A stretch of DNA of 64,000 nt from a virus, in the IMG/VR virus record IMGVR_UViG_3300046535_002009, positions 1-64,000 of that record. One strand, 5' to 3'. This document shows, piece after piece, positions 9,841 through 18,861 of the stretch; the stretch's first letter is position 1; each line of letters starts with the position of its first letter. The translations under genes and the position numbers were made by a program. The notes under the pieces were generated by a model, which searched no databases, was not told the DNA's origin, and saw nothing but the letters and a program-made list of their open reading frames with translations.

Positions 9841-10310
9841 TCGGCAGTCCCCGGGCGCATCCGGTCGGCGCGCAGGGCGTTACGGGACCGGACCTCGTTG
9901 AGGAGTTCCTGCAGGGCGACGTCCTGCTGGGTGACCTCCAGGATCGTCGCGTCGACCTGCACTGGGGCGTCGATGCCGAGCAGCTTGCGCCGGTCGGCGA
10001 TGCACTTCAGCACGACGTCGGCGGCCTTGGTGTTGCCGTCCAGGGCCTCGTCCCAGTACGCGGACTGGAGGGTGTCCAGGCGCTGGCGCTCGGTCTCGCG
10101 CCAGGTGTCGGCGGCCTCCTGCTCCAGCGTGCTGGCTGCCCGGCAGGCCCGGGTGAAGTCCTTGCGGGCGTTGGCGATCCCGTCGGAGTCCTCGGTGGCG
10201 TAGCCGAGCTGCAGGGCGATCTCGTCGTACGAGACGCCTTTGAGGCGCATCTGGATCAGGCTGGCGCGGCGGGTGGCGACGTCGGCGCCGACGGCTTTGG
10301 AGACAGGCAT
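9837..10310 (-). CDS. Terminase small subunit-like HTH protein, copy 2
   Basis: GVSYDEIALQLGY HTH, RLDTLQ...RRKLLGIDAP. Confidence 0.75.
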   Translation of the reverse strand: MPVSKAVGADVATRRASLIQMRLKGVSYDEIALQLGYATEDSDGIANARKDFTRACRAASTLEQEAADTWRETERQRLDTLQSAYWDEALDGNTKAADVVLKCIADRRKLLGIDAPVQVDATILEVTQQDVALQELLNEVRSRNALRADRMRPGTAE

Positions 10311-10372
10311 GGCGGGGTCCTCCTCGGGTCGATCGGGATGATCGCCCGGGGAGGACCGCGGCCTGCGAACAG

Positions 10373-10831
10373 CTACTCGGGCTGCTCGCCGAGCAGGCCG
10401 GCCACCCGAGCGGCGTTGCGGGCCCGCGCCTCGTTGAGGAGTTCCTGCAGCTCAACGTCCTGCTGGGTGACCTCGGTGAAGGTGGCGTCGACCTGGACGG
10501 CGGCGTTGAGGCCGAGGATGCGGCAGCGCCTGTCGATGAGCCGGGCGACGGTCTCGATCGCCTTGAGGTTGCCGCGGATGGCCTCCGCCCACGCCGCGGC
10601 CTGGAGCCGGTCCAGGCGCTGGAGCTCGATGTCGCGGAGCTCGTTCGCGGTCTCCTGCTCCAGGTCGAGGGTCTCGCGCATGGCCCGGGTGAAGTCCTTG
10701 CGGGCGGCGGCTGCGCTGGCGTAGTCGAGGCGGTCGGCGATGGTGGTGTAGTCGACGGCGGCCAGGCGCATCTGGAGGAGCTTGCTGCGCCGGTCGGCGA
10801 TGGCTGCCTGCTGGGCCCGGGAGATCGGCAC
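10373..10831 (-). CDS. Terminase small subunit-like HTH protein, copy 1
   Basis: VDYTTIADRLDY HTH, RLDRLQ...RCRILGLNA; paralogue of 9837-10310. Confidence 0.75.
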   Translation of the reverse strand: MPISRAQQAAIADRRSKLLQMRLAAVDYTTIADRLDYASAAAARKDFTRAMRETLDLEQETANELRDIELQRLDRLQAAAWAEAIRGNLKAIETVARLIDRRCRILGLNAAVQVDATFTEVTQQDVELQELLNEARARNAARVAGLLGEQPE

Positions 10832-10836
10832 GGGCG

Positions 10837-12090
10837 CTACCTCGCGGCCGTGAAGTCGTGGGCCTCACCAGTGCTGGCGAGGACGGGCACGGTGCCGGTG
10901 TGCTGCTGGTATCTGCGGCAGATGACGTCGACGTACCGTGCGTCGAGCTCCACCACCCGCGCGGTGCGGCCGATGGTGTGGGCGGCGATGAGCGTGGAGC
11001 CCGAGCCGCCGAACGGTTCGTAGACCAGGCCGCCGGGGCGGCAGGAGTTCCGCAGGCCGGCGGCGACCAGCTCGACCGGCTTCGACGTCGGATGGGTGTC
11101 GTTGCGGGCGGGCTTGTCGACCTCGAAGACGGTGGTCTGGGCGTTGTCGCCGTGCCAGCGGTTGCCACCGCGGCCGAGCCGGCCGGACCCGGCGGGGGCG
11201 TCCGTGAACCCGTACAGGATCGGCTCGTGCCGGTAGTGGTAGTCGGAGCGGCCGAGGACCATCGTGTTCTTGACCCAGATTAGGTTCTGCCGGAACAGCC
11301 ATCCGGCGGCGCGGAACGCGGCTTCGAAGGTCGCGCGGGCGGTGTCGGCGTGCGCGACGTACACCGGGGCGCCCGGGCGCAGCGCCGCGGTGGCGACGGC
11401 GAACGCGCCGGCGAGGAGGTCCTCCAGGCCGTCGGCTCCGTCGTTCTGGATGGTGAGGGCCTGCTTCGTCTTGCCGACGTAGTCGACGCCGTAGGGCGGG
11501 TCCGTCCACATGCAGTCCGCGCGGTCGCCGTCGAGCATGTTCTCAACCGCGGTGATGTCGGTGGAGTCGCCGCACAGGAGCCGGTGCGGGCCGAGGTGCC
11601 ACAGGTCGCCCGGCCGGGTGCGGGGGTCGGCGGGGATGTCGGGGATGTCGTCGGGGTCGGTGAGCGCGGTGGGCGGCTCGTCGAGGTGGAGGAGGGCGTC
11701 GATGTCGGCCTGGGTGTAGCCGGTGCCGTCGTAGTCGCCGTCGAGGTAGGAGAGGAGCTCGGCCAGGGCGTCGTTGTCGTAGCCGCCGAGTTCGGCGGTG
11801 CGGTTGTCGGCGAGGTTGATGCGGCGGGCCGTGGAGTCGTCGCAGGTGATGATCTCGCAGCGGGCGCTGGTGTGGCCTTCGGCGGCGAGCGCCTGGAGGG
11901 TGTGGTTGCCGGCGAGGACGATGAGCGGGCCGTCAGGGATCTCGCGGGCGACGAGGGAGCGGTACTGGCCGTTGCGGCGCAGTGAGGCGCGGATCGCTTC
12001 GACGTCCCCGCGCTTGGCGTTCCCGGGGAACGGCGAGAGTTCGTCGAGCGGGACGTCGCGGGTGTGGAGGTAGGTGGCGGTGTCGGACAT
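10837..12090 (-). CDS. ParB-like N-domain fused to N4/N6 DNA methyltransferase
   Basis: LAGNHT...LADNR ParB motifs; TDPPY, HPTSKP, EPFGGSGST MTase motifs. Confidence 0.92.
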   Translation of the reverse strand: MSDTATYLHTRDVPLDELSPFPGNAKRGDVEAIRASLRRNGQYRSLVAREIPDGPLIVLAGNHTLQALAAEGHTSARCEIITCDDSTARRINLADNRTAELGGYDNDALAELLSYLDGDYDGTGYTQADIDALLHLDEPPTALTDPDDIPDIPADPRTRPGDLWHLGPHRLLCGDSTDITAVENMLDGDRADCMWTDPPYGVDYVGKTKQALTIQNDGADGLEDLLAGAFAVATAALRPGAPVYVAHADTARATFEAAFRAAGWLFRQNLIWVKNTMVLGRSDYHYRHEPILYGFTDAPAGSGRLGRGGNRWHGDNAQTTVFEVDKPARNDTHPTSKPVELVAAGLRNSCRPGGLVYEPFGGSGSTLIAAHTIGRTARVVELDARYVDVICRRYQQHTGTVPVLASTGEAHDFTAAR

Positions 12091-12197
12091 GGGTGGGCTC
12101 CCCTCGGCGGATGAGGGGCGTCATGCTGCGCCGAGAGGGGAGTTCGATTGCGAACGGACTTACCACGTGGTGGTAAGCCAGGCGCCCGCGTCAGGTG

Positions 12198-12368
12198 TCA
12201 GAACCGCCTGCGGCCGGCGCCGCGCCGCGGGGGAAGGATGCGGTAGTCAGTGGTCTTGCCCACCTGCCGCTTGCGGGATCGCGCCCATCGGTGGGCGAAG
12301 CGCTGCCTGGTGGCGAACATCCATCGCCACTGCGCCTGCGAGCGAACCTTTCCCTGCTTGCCTGCCAC
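12198..12368 (-). CDS. Small basic phage protein (56 aa), absent from ORF track
   Basis: GAGGAGG RBS + GTG; MAGKQGKVRSQAQWRWMFATRQRFAHRWARSRKRQVGKTTDYRILPPRRGAGRRRF. Confidence 0.65.
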   Translation of the reverse strand: MAGKQGKVRSQAQWRWMFATRQRFAHRWARSRKRQVGKTTDYRILPPRRGAGRRRF

Positions 12369-12377
12369 GGTTCCTCC

Positions 12378-14999
12378 TCAGCTGATCTCGAACGGGGGCG
12401 TGTCGAGCACGGGGTGCTCGGGCGGGGCGTCGATGGCGACCCAGGCCCGGTAGCGGCCGGGGCCCGGCGCCACGGCTCCGCCGTCGGGGCCGACGAGGAG
12501 CTTGGCGACGGTCTGCCCGGCACTGTCGGTTCCCCAGGTGGCGGTGTGCCAGTCGGCGTCGTCGGGCTCGTGGCCGACCGGGACGACGGCCATCTGCACC
12601 GGGTAGGCGGTCGGGTCTCCGCTGGTGCAGGCGATAGGGACCTGCTGGAACTCGGTGCTGAGGGAGTGCATGTCTCCTCCGGGGGTGGCGGGCGTGGACC
12701 AGGCGGTGTGGGCGGTGCGGGCCGTCCAGGCGGTGCCGGCCTGCTGGGCGGTCCAGGGGGACTCGGGGCGGCCGGCGATGCGCAGGCCGTGGGCCTGGCC
12801 GCCGCCGGGGGTTGCGATGGGCTGTGCCGTGTCGGTCTCGGTCGCGGGCAGCAGCGGCCGGGCCTTCGCGGGGTGCAGCGGCTGGGCGGTGTGGGTCTCG
12901 GTGGCCGAGGCGAGCGGGAGGACGCGACCCTGCCCGGTCGGCTGGGCGCTGTCCACCGCGGTGGCGGGCGGGAGGGTTCGGGCCTTGCCGGCCGCGGGCG
13001 GCAGCGCGCTGTCCTGCTCGGTGGCGGCACCGAGCGGGCGTGCCTTCCCGGGGCGGAGCACGGTGGCGAGGTCTGCGGCCGTGGCCGGGGCGATCGGGGC
13101 GGTCTTGCGTGCGGCGATGGGCTGGGCGGCGCTGGACTCTGTGGCTGGCTGGAGCGGCTGGGTGACGTGGCCGGGTGTGGCGAGGGTGCCGGCGGTGTCG
13201 GTCTCGGTCCCGGTGCCGAGGGCGCGGGTCTTGGCGGCGGCCGCGGGGCGGGCGGTGTCAGTGGCGGTCGCGGGCGCCGCGGCACGCGTCTTCGCCGCGG
13301 CGGGGGCGAGTGCGGCGGCGTTCTCTGTGGCGGGTGCGGCCGTGCGGCGCTTCACTGCACCGACCGGTCGGGCGGTCTCCACGGAACTGCTGGTCGCGGC
13401 GGGAGCGACGTGCGCCGCAGTGATGGGGCGGGCCGTGTCGCCGGATGCGGCGGTGCCGACCGTACGGGCCTTCGCCGCGCCGACCGGGCGGGCGCTGTCG
13501 GTCTGGCCGGCCGGGCCGAGCGGGGCGCTCTTCGCCGCGCCGAGGGGCTGTGCCGCGTCGCTGCCTGCGGCGCGCAGCACCCCGAGGGACCGGGCAAGGC
13601 GCTGCGCCACTTCGAGTGCGGCGGCCAGGGAGAGCGCTCGTCCCTTGGCGCGGCCGGCCGGCTGCGCGGTGCCACTCTCCCCCGCCGTCCCGAGGGCCGC
13701 GCGCTTGGTCCGGGCGATGGGCTGCGCGGTGTCGGTAGCTGCGGCGAGGACGAGGGCAGACGTCTTGGCCCGGCCGAGGGTCTGCGCCGCGTCGGTCTCC
13801 CCGGCCCCGGTGACCGCTTGGGTCCGGCCGTTGGAGATGTTGAAGTTGTCGAGCTCGGCGAAGTCGTTGGTGCCGCTGGAGCGCTGGCACTCCGCATAGA
13901 AGATCAACGTCCCGAGGCGCATCCACTGGGCGTTGACCGTGACGGTGCGCTGCGTGGTCCAGGAGCTGTTGTCGGGCGACGTCTCCATGAGGATGGAGCC
14001 GCCCGACTCGCGGAAGCGCCACCACTGGTGGCTGGTCGAGTTATAGGCGATGGTGGTGGGGCTGGCGTCGGCACCACCGATGTTGCTTCGGAAAACGAGG
14101 TTGCCGGTGCCCGGCTGGTAGTTGATCTCCAGGTTGGTAGTGGAGACGGTCGGGCCCGCGGAGAGGTACGCGCTGAACGCCGCCCCGGAGCCGCCGCCGA
14201 CCCCCGGAAGGGTCGGCACCTGGAAGGCAACCTGCGCCCCCTGGATCTCGTAGGGCGTGGCCGTGTAGAGGGTGGCCAAGGTCGTGGTGCAGGGCATGCG
14301 CGCGCGGCCGCCGGTCGCGGTGACGCTGCCTGTGCTGGTCCACTTCGCGTCGATCGACGAGGTGAAGGTGTCAGTCAGGCCGGTGAAGGCTGCCGTGAAC
14401 AGCCCGTCCGCACCGCTGAATTCAATCCATCCGGGCTCCGTCGTCACCGCGGTGTCGGTGGCGGCCAAGTCCGTGCTGCCGACGTTCCCGTAGTTGATGG
14501 TGGCGGAGTAGGAGGCGGCCGTCGTCGTGGACGTCTCGTACCCGATCTCGACCACGAGCCGGTCGCCGACCTGCACGGACACGGGACTGACCGACACCGC
14601 GCCTTCGGTCGCTCCGGTCGCGGTCGTCGAGAACTCGCTGCTGCCGGTGTAGTTGGAGAGGAGGGTGCCGCGGGGCGTGTCGGAGTCGCCGGACGTCACG
14701 TAGACGTGCAGGTGCCAGACCGCGTCCAGCAGCGTGTTGCTCTCCTTGGCGCCGATGCACCAGGTGACGGTCCCGCTGATCGTGCCCGCCTTGATGGCGC
14801 CCGCGGAGATGCTCCGGTGCAGGAGCACTTTGCGCGTGCCGGACCCGGCCGCGAGCGCGATGGACGACGTGCCGGCGCTGCCCTGCGGCTTGCGCCCGAG
14901 CAGTTGCACATCCTCGCCGGACGCGGTCGTCCAGGAGCCGCGGCGGGTGGTGGGCGTGTAGGGCGCGGCCGCGTTGGTCAGCCAGTGCCTGGTGGCCAC
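12378..14999 (-). CDS. Virion fibre-like protein: beta-rich/lectin-like N-half, about 18 20-aa repeats, C-terminal domain with its own RBS
   Basis: WWRFRESGGSILMETSPD lectin-like segment; TxxDTAQPxxxxKxRxLxxA repeats. Confidence 0.7.
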   Translation of the reverse strand: MATRHWLTNAAAPYTPTTRRGSWTTASGEDVQLLGRKPQGSAGTSSIALAAGSGTRKVLLHRSISAGAIKAGTISGTVTWCIGAKESNTLLDAVWHLHVYVTSGDSDTPRGTLLSNYTGSSEFSTTATGATEGAVSVSPVSVQVGDRLVVEIGYETSTTTAASYSATINYGNVGSTDLAATDTAVTTEPGWIEFSGADGLFTAAFTGLTDTFTSSIDAKWTSTGSVTATGGRARMPCTTTLATLYTATPYEIQGAQVAFQVPTLPGVGGGSGAAFSAYLSAGPTVSTTNLEINYQPGTGNLVFRSNIGGADASPTTIAYNSTSHQWWRFRESGGSILMETSPDNSSWTTQRTVTVNAQWMRLGTLIFYAECQRSSGTNDFAELDNFNISNGRTQAVTGAGETDAAQTLGRAKTSALVLAAATDTAQPIARTKRAALGTAGESGTAQPAGRAKGRALSLAAALEVAQRLARSLGVLRAAGSDAAQPLGAAKSAPLGPAGQTDSARPVGAAKARTVGTAASGDTARPITAAHVAPAATSSSVETARPVGAVKRRTAAPATENAAALAPAAAKTRAAAPATATDTARPAAAAKTRALGTGTETDTAGTLATPGHVTQPLQPATESSAAQPIAARKTAPIAPATAADLATVLRPGKARPLGAATEQDSALPPAAGKARTLPPATAVDSAQPTGQGRVLPLASATETHTAQPLHPAKARPLLPATETDTAQPIATPGGGQAHGLRIAGRPESPWTAQQAGTAWTARTAHTAWSTPATPGGDMHSLSTEFQQVPIACTSGDPTAYPVQMAVVPVGHEPDDADWHTATWGTDSAGQTVAKLLVGPDGGAVAPGPGRYRAWVAIDAPPEHPVLDTPPFEIS
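12810..13815 (-). repeat. Degenerate 60-nt (20-aa) coding tandem repeat
   Basis: e.g. TETDTAQP, AATDTAQP, GQTDSARP, TATDTARP, TAVDSAQP at about 20-aa period. Confidence 0.8.
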
Positions 15000-15027
15000 C
15001 GGCCACCCCCTCCCTCAGCACGGTGGG

Positions 15028-15474
15028 TCAGGCGGCGGACGTGGCGCGGAAGAAGTCGGCGATGGTGGCGGTGACGTCGGACCCGTCCGGCGTGATCGCG
15101 AAGTCGTGCTTGGTCAGCGGGATGAGGTCGCTGTCGGTGCCGGTGGTGGTGTCCGGGTCGTAGCAGATGACGATCGCGGAGATGGCGTTGCCGGAGGCCG
15201 CGGTCCAGGTGATGTCCGCGCAGTCGACGGCCACGCGGTCGTTGGTGTCGTCGAAGGTGACCGTGACGCCGGACAGCGTCTTCCGGCCCATGGTGGTCTG
15301 CTCGTTGCTCGCGCCGGCGAGGAGCGTGCTCAGGTCGTGGTAGTCGCGCATGGCCGAGTCCGCGACGATGCCGCTGGTCTCGATCGGCACGGCGATCAAG
15401 GCGTCGTTGGTGAGCGGCAGCCCCGCGTAGTAGGCGACCTTGCCGAGAGCGATGTTGAAGACGATGTTGGCCAC
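15028..15474 (-). CDS. Putative virion structural protein
   Basis: Thr/Asp-rich beta protein (DCADITWTAASG, HDFAITPDGSD) upstream of fibre gene. Confidence 0.7.
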   Translation of the reverse strand: MANIVFNIALGKVAYYAGLPLTNDALIAVPIETSGIVADSAMRDYHDLSTLLAGASNEQTTMGRKTLSGVTVTFDDTNDRVAVDCADITWTAASGNAISAIVICYDPDTTTGTDSDLIPLTKHDFAITPDGSDVTATIADFFRATSAA

Positions 15475-15582
15475 GAAGGTCCTCCGGTGGGCACGGCGGT
15501 GCTGTGCCGGGCGGAGGGGTCCCGGGCCCCGGTCGGGGCGCGCCTATCGGAGCACAGGCGTGCTGTCAGAGTGTGAACGCGA

Positions 15583-15608
15583 AACGGCCCCACCCGGATA
15601 GGTGGGGC
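15583..15608 (-). terminator. Hairpin/terminator ending the Ro60 transcription unit
   Basis: GCCCCACC-N6-GGTGGGGC followed by CGTTT on minus strand. Confidence 0.45.
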
Positions 15609-15711
15609 GGCCGGAAGTCTGCCGCGTCCAGGTCCGTCGGCTTTCGCGATCGCGCCACCGAACGGGGTCCTGCCGGTCGGGCAACGCCTGGTGATCAGGT
15701 CCGGACACGCG

Positions 15712-15993
15712 TCAGTACTCTTCCGGGTGGTCGAAGGGGTGCAGCTCGGCGCGGAGCGACTCGTTGAGGCTGGGCTCGGGCATGGTGACGACGATCTCCG
15801 GTGCAAGACGCTTCACGACGCACTCACCGAGGCTGCGCAGGAGATCGGCCTTCTGGAAGTTCTGGTAGTCCTCGCCGCACGCGTTCCAGTGCTGGAGCGG
15901 GATGGCTTCGCGGACCTGATACCTGAGGCCGTCGACGACGACTTCGGCGCTGAGGACCACGCTGCCGAAGGCGGGGATGGAGGTTTGGCTCAT
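15712..15993 (-). CDS. Hypothetical protein downstream of Ro60
   Basis: AGGAGAG RBS + ATG (MSQTSIPAFG). Confidence 0.65.
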   Translation of the reverse strand: MSQTSIPAFGSVVLSAEVVVDGLRYQVREAIPLQHWNACGEDYQNFQKADLLRSLGECVVKRLAPEIVVTMPEPSLNESLRAELHPFDHPEEY

Positions 15994-16070
15994 GAGTCTC
16001 TCCTGCTGGAACGGCTCCGCCCGGCCGCCGGGGTGAGCCGGGGCCGGGCGGGTCGGGTCGGGGGGCGGGG

Positions 16071-17660
16071 TCAGTTCTGGTGCTCCCAGGGCCATCTGGC
16101 GGAGCGGCCAGCCTCCAGGAGGGGGATCAGGCTGAAGGCCTGGTCGGTGAGGCCGCCGAAGGTGTGGCGGTTCGCGGCGCCGGAGGGACCGTGGCCGGCC
16201 TGGTACCCGGCGAGGTTCCAGGTGTAGAGCTGGACGTTCGCCGGGATCTCCTTCGTCGGGTCGCCGCCCCAGTAGCTGCCGGTGGCCTGCTCGTCGGTGA
16301 CGATGACGACGCGGTCATGGCCGCGGTAGTGCTGGCGTACGGCCGCGGCGGTTGCGGTGCCACCGAGGCTCCCGAACCGGTCGACGAGGCGGAGCACGGA
16401 GTCGCCGCGCTGGAAGGGCACGGCGGCCGAGCCGGTGCCGAACTGGACGAGGTCGGCGCTGGCGGCGCGCAGCGCCAGGGCGACGCCGAACACCGCGGCG
16501 GAGTCCGCTCGGTTGAGCTTCGTCTGCTGGCTGATGCCGTCGAACATGGAGCCGGAGCGGTCGATGAGGACGAGGGTGCGGCCGGGCAGGGACGGGACGT
16601 TGGTCAGGGAGTGGCCGAGGGCGGTCTCCAGGGCGTGGCCCCAGCGCAGGGACGGGGCGTGCTTGTAGGCGGCGAGGTACCGGAAGGGGAACTGGCGCGA
16701 GCGCCGGACCTCGGCGGGGTCGGCGATGCGGGCGCAGACCTCGGCGGCGACCTTGTCGGAGACGCCGGCCTGGTCGAAGTTCCGCAGGTTCCGCACCAGT
16801 GCCATCGTGCCCATGGCGGGGATGATGGCCTCCCATGCGGCGGCGTCCATGGGGCCCTGGAGCCAGCCGGCGAGGCGCTCCCAGGTGAAGCCGGCGCCGG
16901 CGAGGCCGCCCTCGGAGGAGACGAGGGTGGGGTCGAGGACGTAGGCACGACGGTCGGCGACCGGCAGCGCAGCGAGGGTGCGCTGCGCCTGGAGAACCGG
17001 CAGGGAGTCCGGGATGAGATCGACGCGGTTGTGCCGGGCGTCGATCGCGTGCCGGAACAGGTCGCCCTGCCACGCCTTGTCCGGGTGCGGCGCGGGGTGG
17101 GTGAGCTCCAGGACATCGGCGAAGCGGTAGCTCTTGGAGTCGCCGTCGTACTTCAGCAGCGCGCGCTCCGAGTAGAGGCGGCGGGCCGCGTCGGCGACGC
17201 CGCGCTTCACGGGCTGCGGGAGATTGCGGCCGTACCGGGAGGTCCAGTAGGCGAGGAACTCGCCGGGCTCGTCCGGGCGCTGCAGGACGGAGTTGATGAC
17301 CTGCCGGGAGTAGCCCGGGGCCTGGTGGAGGATCCGCTCGGCGGTGAACTCGGCGGCGCCGACCAGGGCCGCGGTGCGCATGTTGGCGTCGGTGCGCAGC
17401 CAGGAGAGGAAGGCGGAGGTCCAGGCGGGGTCGGTGGTGGCGAGCGTGCGGACGAGGCGCTGGAAGCGGTCGTCGCGGTCGCCGGCCTTCTCGTAGAAGG
17501 CGTCGTGGCCGACGGTGTTGGAGATGCCGAGGAGGAAGAGCTCGGACTTGGTGTCGCGGGCGTAGCCGGTGGCGCCTTCGGCGGTGCGCAGCGTCGGCCC
17601 GGTGGTGGTCACGGGCGAGGTCACGGCCGGGCGGGTGGTGGGGGTGTTGAAGCGGGACAC
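16071..17660 (-). CDS. rsr: Ro60/TROVE domain ribonucleoprotein with C-terminal vWA domain
   Basis: TAEGATGYARD, QRPDEPGEFLAY, MGTMALVRNLRN, FPFRYLAAY; vWA DRSGSM, GGT, TDEQ; GAGGGG RBS before GTG at 17660. Confidence 0.93.
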   Translation of the reverse strand: MSRFNTPTTRPAVTSPVTTTGPTLRTAEGATGYARDTKSELFLLGISNTVGHDAFYEKAGDRDDRFQRLVRTLATTDPAWTSAFLSWLRTDANMRTAALVGAAEFTAERILHQAPGYSRQVINSVLQRPDEPGEFLAYWTSRYGRNLPQPVKRGVADAARRLYSERALLKYDGDSKSYRFADVLELTHPAPHPDKAWQGDLFRHAIDARHNRVDLIPDSLPVLQAQRTLAALPVADRRAYVLDPTLVSSEGGLAGAGFTWERLAGWLQGPMDAAAWEAIIPAMGTMALVRNLRNFDQAGVSDKVAAEVCARIADPAEVRRSRQFPFRYLAAYKHAPSLRWGHALETALGHSLTNVPSLPGRTLVLIDRSGSMFDGISQQTKLNRADSAAVFGVALALRAASADLVQFGTGSAAVPFQRGDSVLRLVDRFGSLGGTATAAAVRQHYRGHDRVVIVTDEQATGSYWGGDPTKEIPANVQLYTWNLAGYQAGHGPSGAANRHTFGGLTDQAFSLIPLLEAGRSARWPWEHQN

Positions 17661-17695
17661 AGGGGACCCCTCGTTGGGGAGAGGGGAGGCAAGCT

Positions 17696-17847
17696 GGGGC
17701 GCCCGAGGTCGAGGTCGGTGACGGGCTTGCAAGACCGCTGCTCTGTCCGATTGAGCTACCTCGCCAGCGTGGCTGGCGTGGGCGGGATTCGAACCCGCAA
17801 CCCGCGGTTCCGGAAGAAGTATCCGTCGCCTGCGCACCGGGCGCCCC
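17696..17847 (-). ncRNA. yrlA: Y RNA, YrlA-like (permuted tRNA-like domain)
   Basis: Ends pair GGGGCGCCCG/CGGGCGCCCC; T arm GCGGG-TTCGAAT-CCCGC precedes a closed acceptor-like stem and then D arm TAGCTCAATCGGACAGAGC; adjacent to Ro60. Confidence 0.85.
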
Positions 17848-17857
17848 CGGTGCTTGT

Positions 17858-17933
17858 CCTCCCGAGATCAAGAGTGGGCGGTCCGGCGTAGTTTCACCAA
17901 AGAAGTAGCCGGGGTGCCCAGCGCACCGGGAGG
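17858..17933 (-). ncRNA. Short Y RNA without tRNA-like domain (YrlB-like)
   Basis: CCTCCCG/CGGGAGG terminal stem; shares GGTGCGC, TACTTC and CTYGANCTC with both neighbours. Confidence 0.72.
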
Positions 17934-17950
17934 TGCAGCTGTGAAGTTGT

Positions 17951-18086
17951 GTCCAGAGTTCGAGGTCGGCTGAGGCAACGTAAGCGCTCTGGGCCGCTGA
18001 GCTACCGCCGGACGGACCGGCGGCCAGGATTCGAACCTGGGTCTCTCCTTTAGCAGAGGAAGTAACCCCGGCCTGCGCACCTGGAC
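17951..18086 (-). ncRNA. yrlA: Y RNA, YrlA-like (permuted tRNA-like domain)
   Basis: GTCCAG/CTGGAC ends; CCAGG-TTCGAAT-CCTGG T arm, CCGCCGG-TCCGT-CCGGCGG stem, TAGCTCAGCGGCCCAGAGC D arm; TAGCGT -10 lies 7 nt upstream. Confidence 0.85.
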
Positions 18087-18198
18087 GACGCTGACGCTAC
18101 ACCCACCACGGCGTCAACTTCGAGCGCATTTCCGCTGCTTACTACACTTGTCTCATCCGTCGGGAGTCCGCCTCCAGGATGGCTCGCCTCCGCATCGG

Positions 18199-18861
18199 TC
18201 AGTCCCCGGTGGCACCGTCGAGTCGGGCACCGTCGACGCCGAGCACCTCATAGCCGGCGGCCTCGGCCGCGTCCCACGCCGCGGCGGCCTGCTGCTGCGG
18301 GTTGGTCGGGCCGGCCTCACCACGGGGCCGGCGCCGGTACGTCGCGTGGGTGCTCGCCGGCTCGCGCTCGTCGCCGGCGGCCAGCTGCTCGGCGCCGTCC
18401 CGGCGGCCCCGCGGCGCCGCGGTGTCCTTGTCATCCATGCGGCGATTCTCCTGGTCGACACTGACAGCCGGGTCGGCGCGGGTGTAGGCCCGGCGGGCTG
18501 CGATGGCCTCGGCGGCGGTCCGGCCGGACCAGGTGTTGGCCCGACCGTCCAGGCCCTCGGGCTTGGGCCAGCGGCCCTTGGAGAGTGCGGCGCGAATGTT
18601 GGCGGCGGTGAAGCCGGTCTCGCGCTCGATCTCGGCAGCGGTGTACTGGCGGTCGGGCTGGAGGCCGGGCGCGGGGCGGGTGGTCTGGGCGTGGCGCCAG
18701 GCATCGACGGCGGCCGGGTCGTAGGTCTTCCAGCGTCCACGCTTGGCGACGGCGGGCGGCCAGTCGGGATGGCGGGTCCAGGTGTTGCGGACGGTCGTGA
18801 TGTCGACCCCGTAGCGGGTGGCGATCTCGGCGACGGTCTCTGGCTCTGCGGGAACTACCAT
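18199..18861 (-). CDS. Tandem winged-HTH (excisionase/MerR-like) DNA-binding protein
   Basis: TVAEIATRYGVDITTVRNTW...WP and YTAAEIERETGFTAANIRAALSKGRWP. Confidence 0.7.
   Translation of the reverse strand: MVVPAEPETVAEIATRYGVDITTVRNTWTRHPDWPPAVAKRGRWKTYDPAAVDAWRHAQTTRPAPGLQPDRQYTAAEIERETGFTAANIRAALSKGRWPKPEGLDGRANTWSGRTAAEAIAARRAYTRADPAVSVDQENRRMDDKDTAAPRGRRDGAEQLAAGDEREPASTHATYRRRPRGEAGPTNPQQQAAAAWDAAEAAGYEVLGVDGARLDGATGD

Noticed and set aside
10837-12090. Restriction-modification system
   Set aside because: Orphan ParB-MTase next to terminase is a common phage arrangement; no adjacent endonuclease
12810-13815. CRISPR array or DGR repeat
   Set aside because: Repeats are degenerate, in frame and conserved at protein level; no spacers, cas or reverse transcriptase genes
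15561-15575. Fifth copy of the TGCTG-N8-CAGCA operator (TGCTGTCAGAG)
   Set aside because: The right half-site is missing
17661-17837. N-terminal extension of TROVE in the ORF track, and ORF 17868-18080
   Set aside because: These run through the Y RNAs; the RBS and family-like N-terminus (SRFN) point to GTG at 17660
17696-18086. Two tRNA genes (GGTTCGAATCC and TAGCTCA motifs)
   Set aside because: The T arm precedes the D arm and the acceptor-like stem is closed by a loop with no CCA end; this fits permuted YrlA, not tRNA
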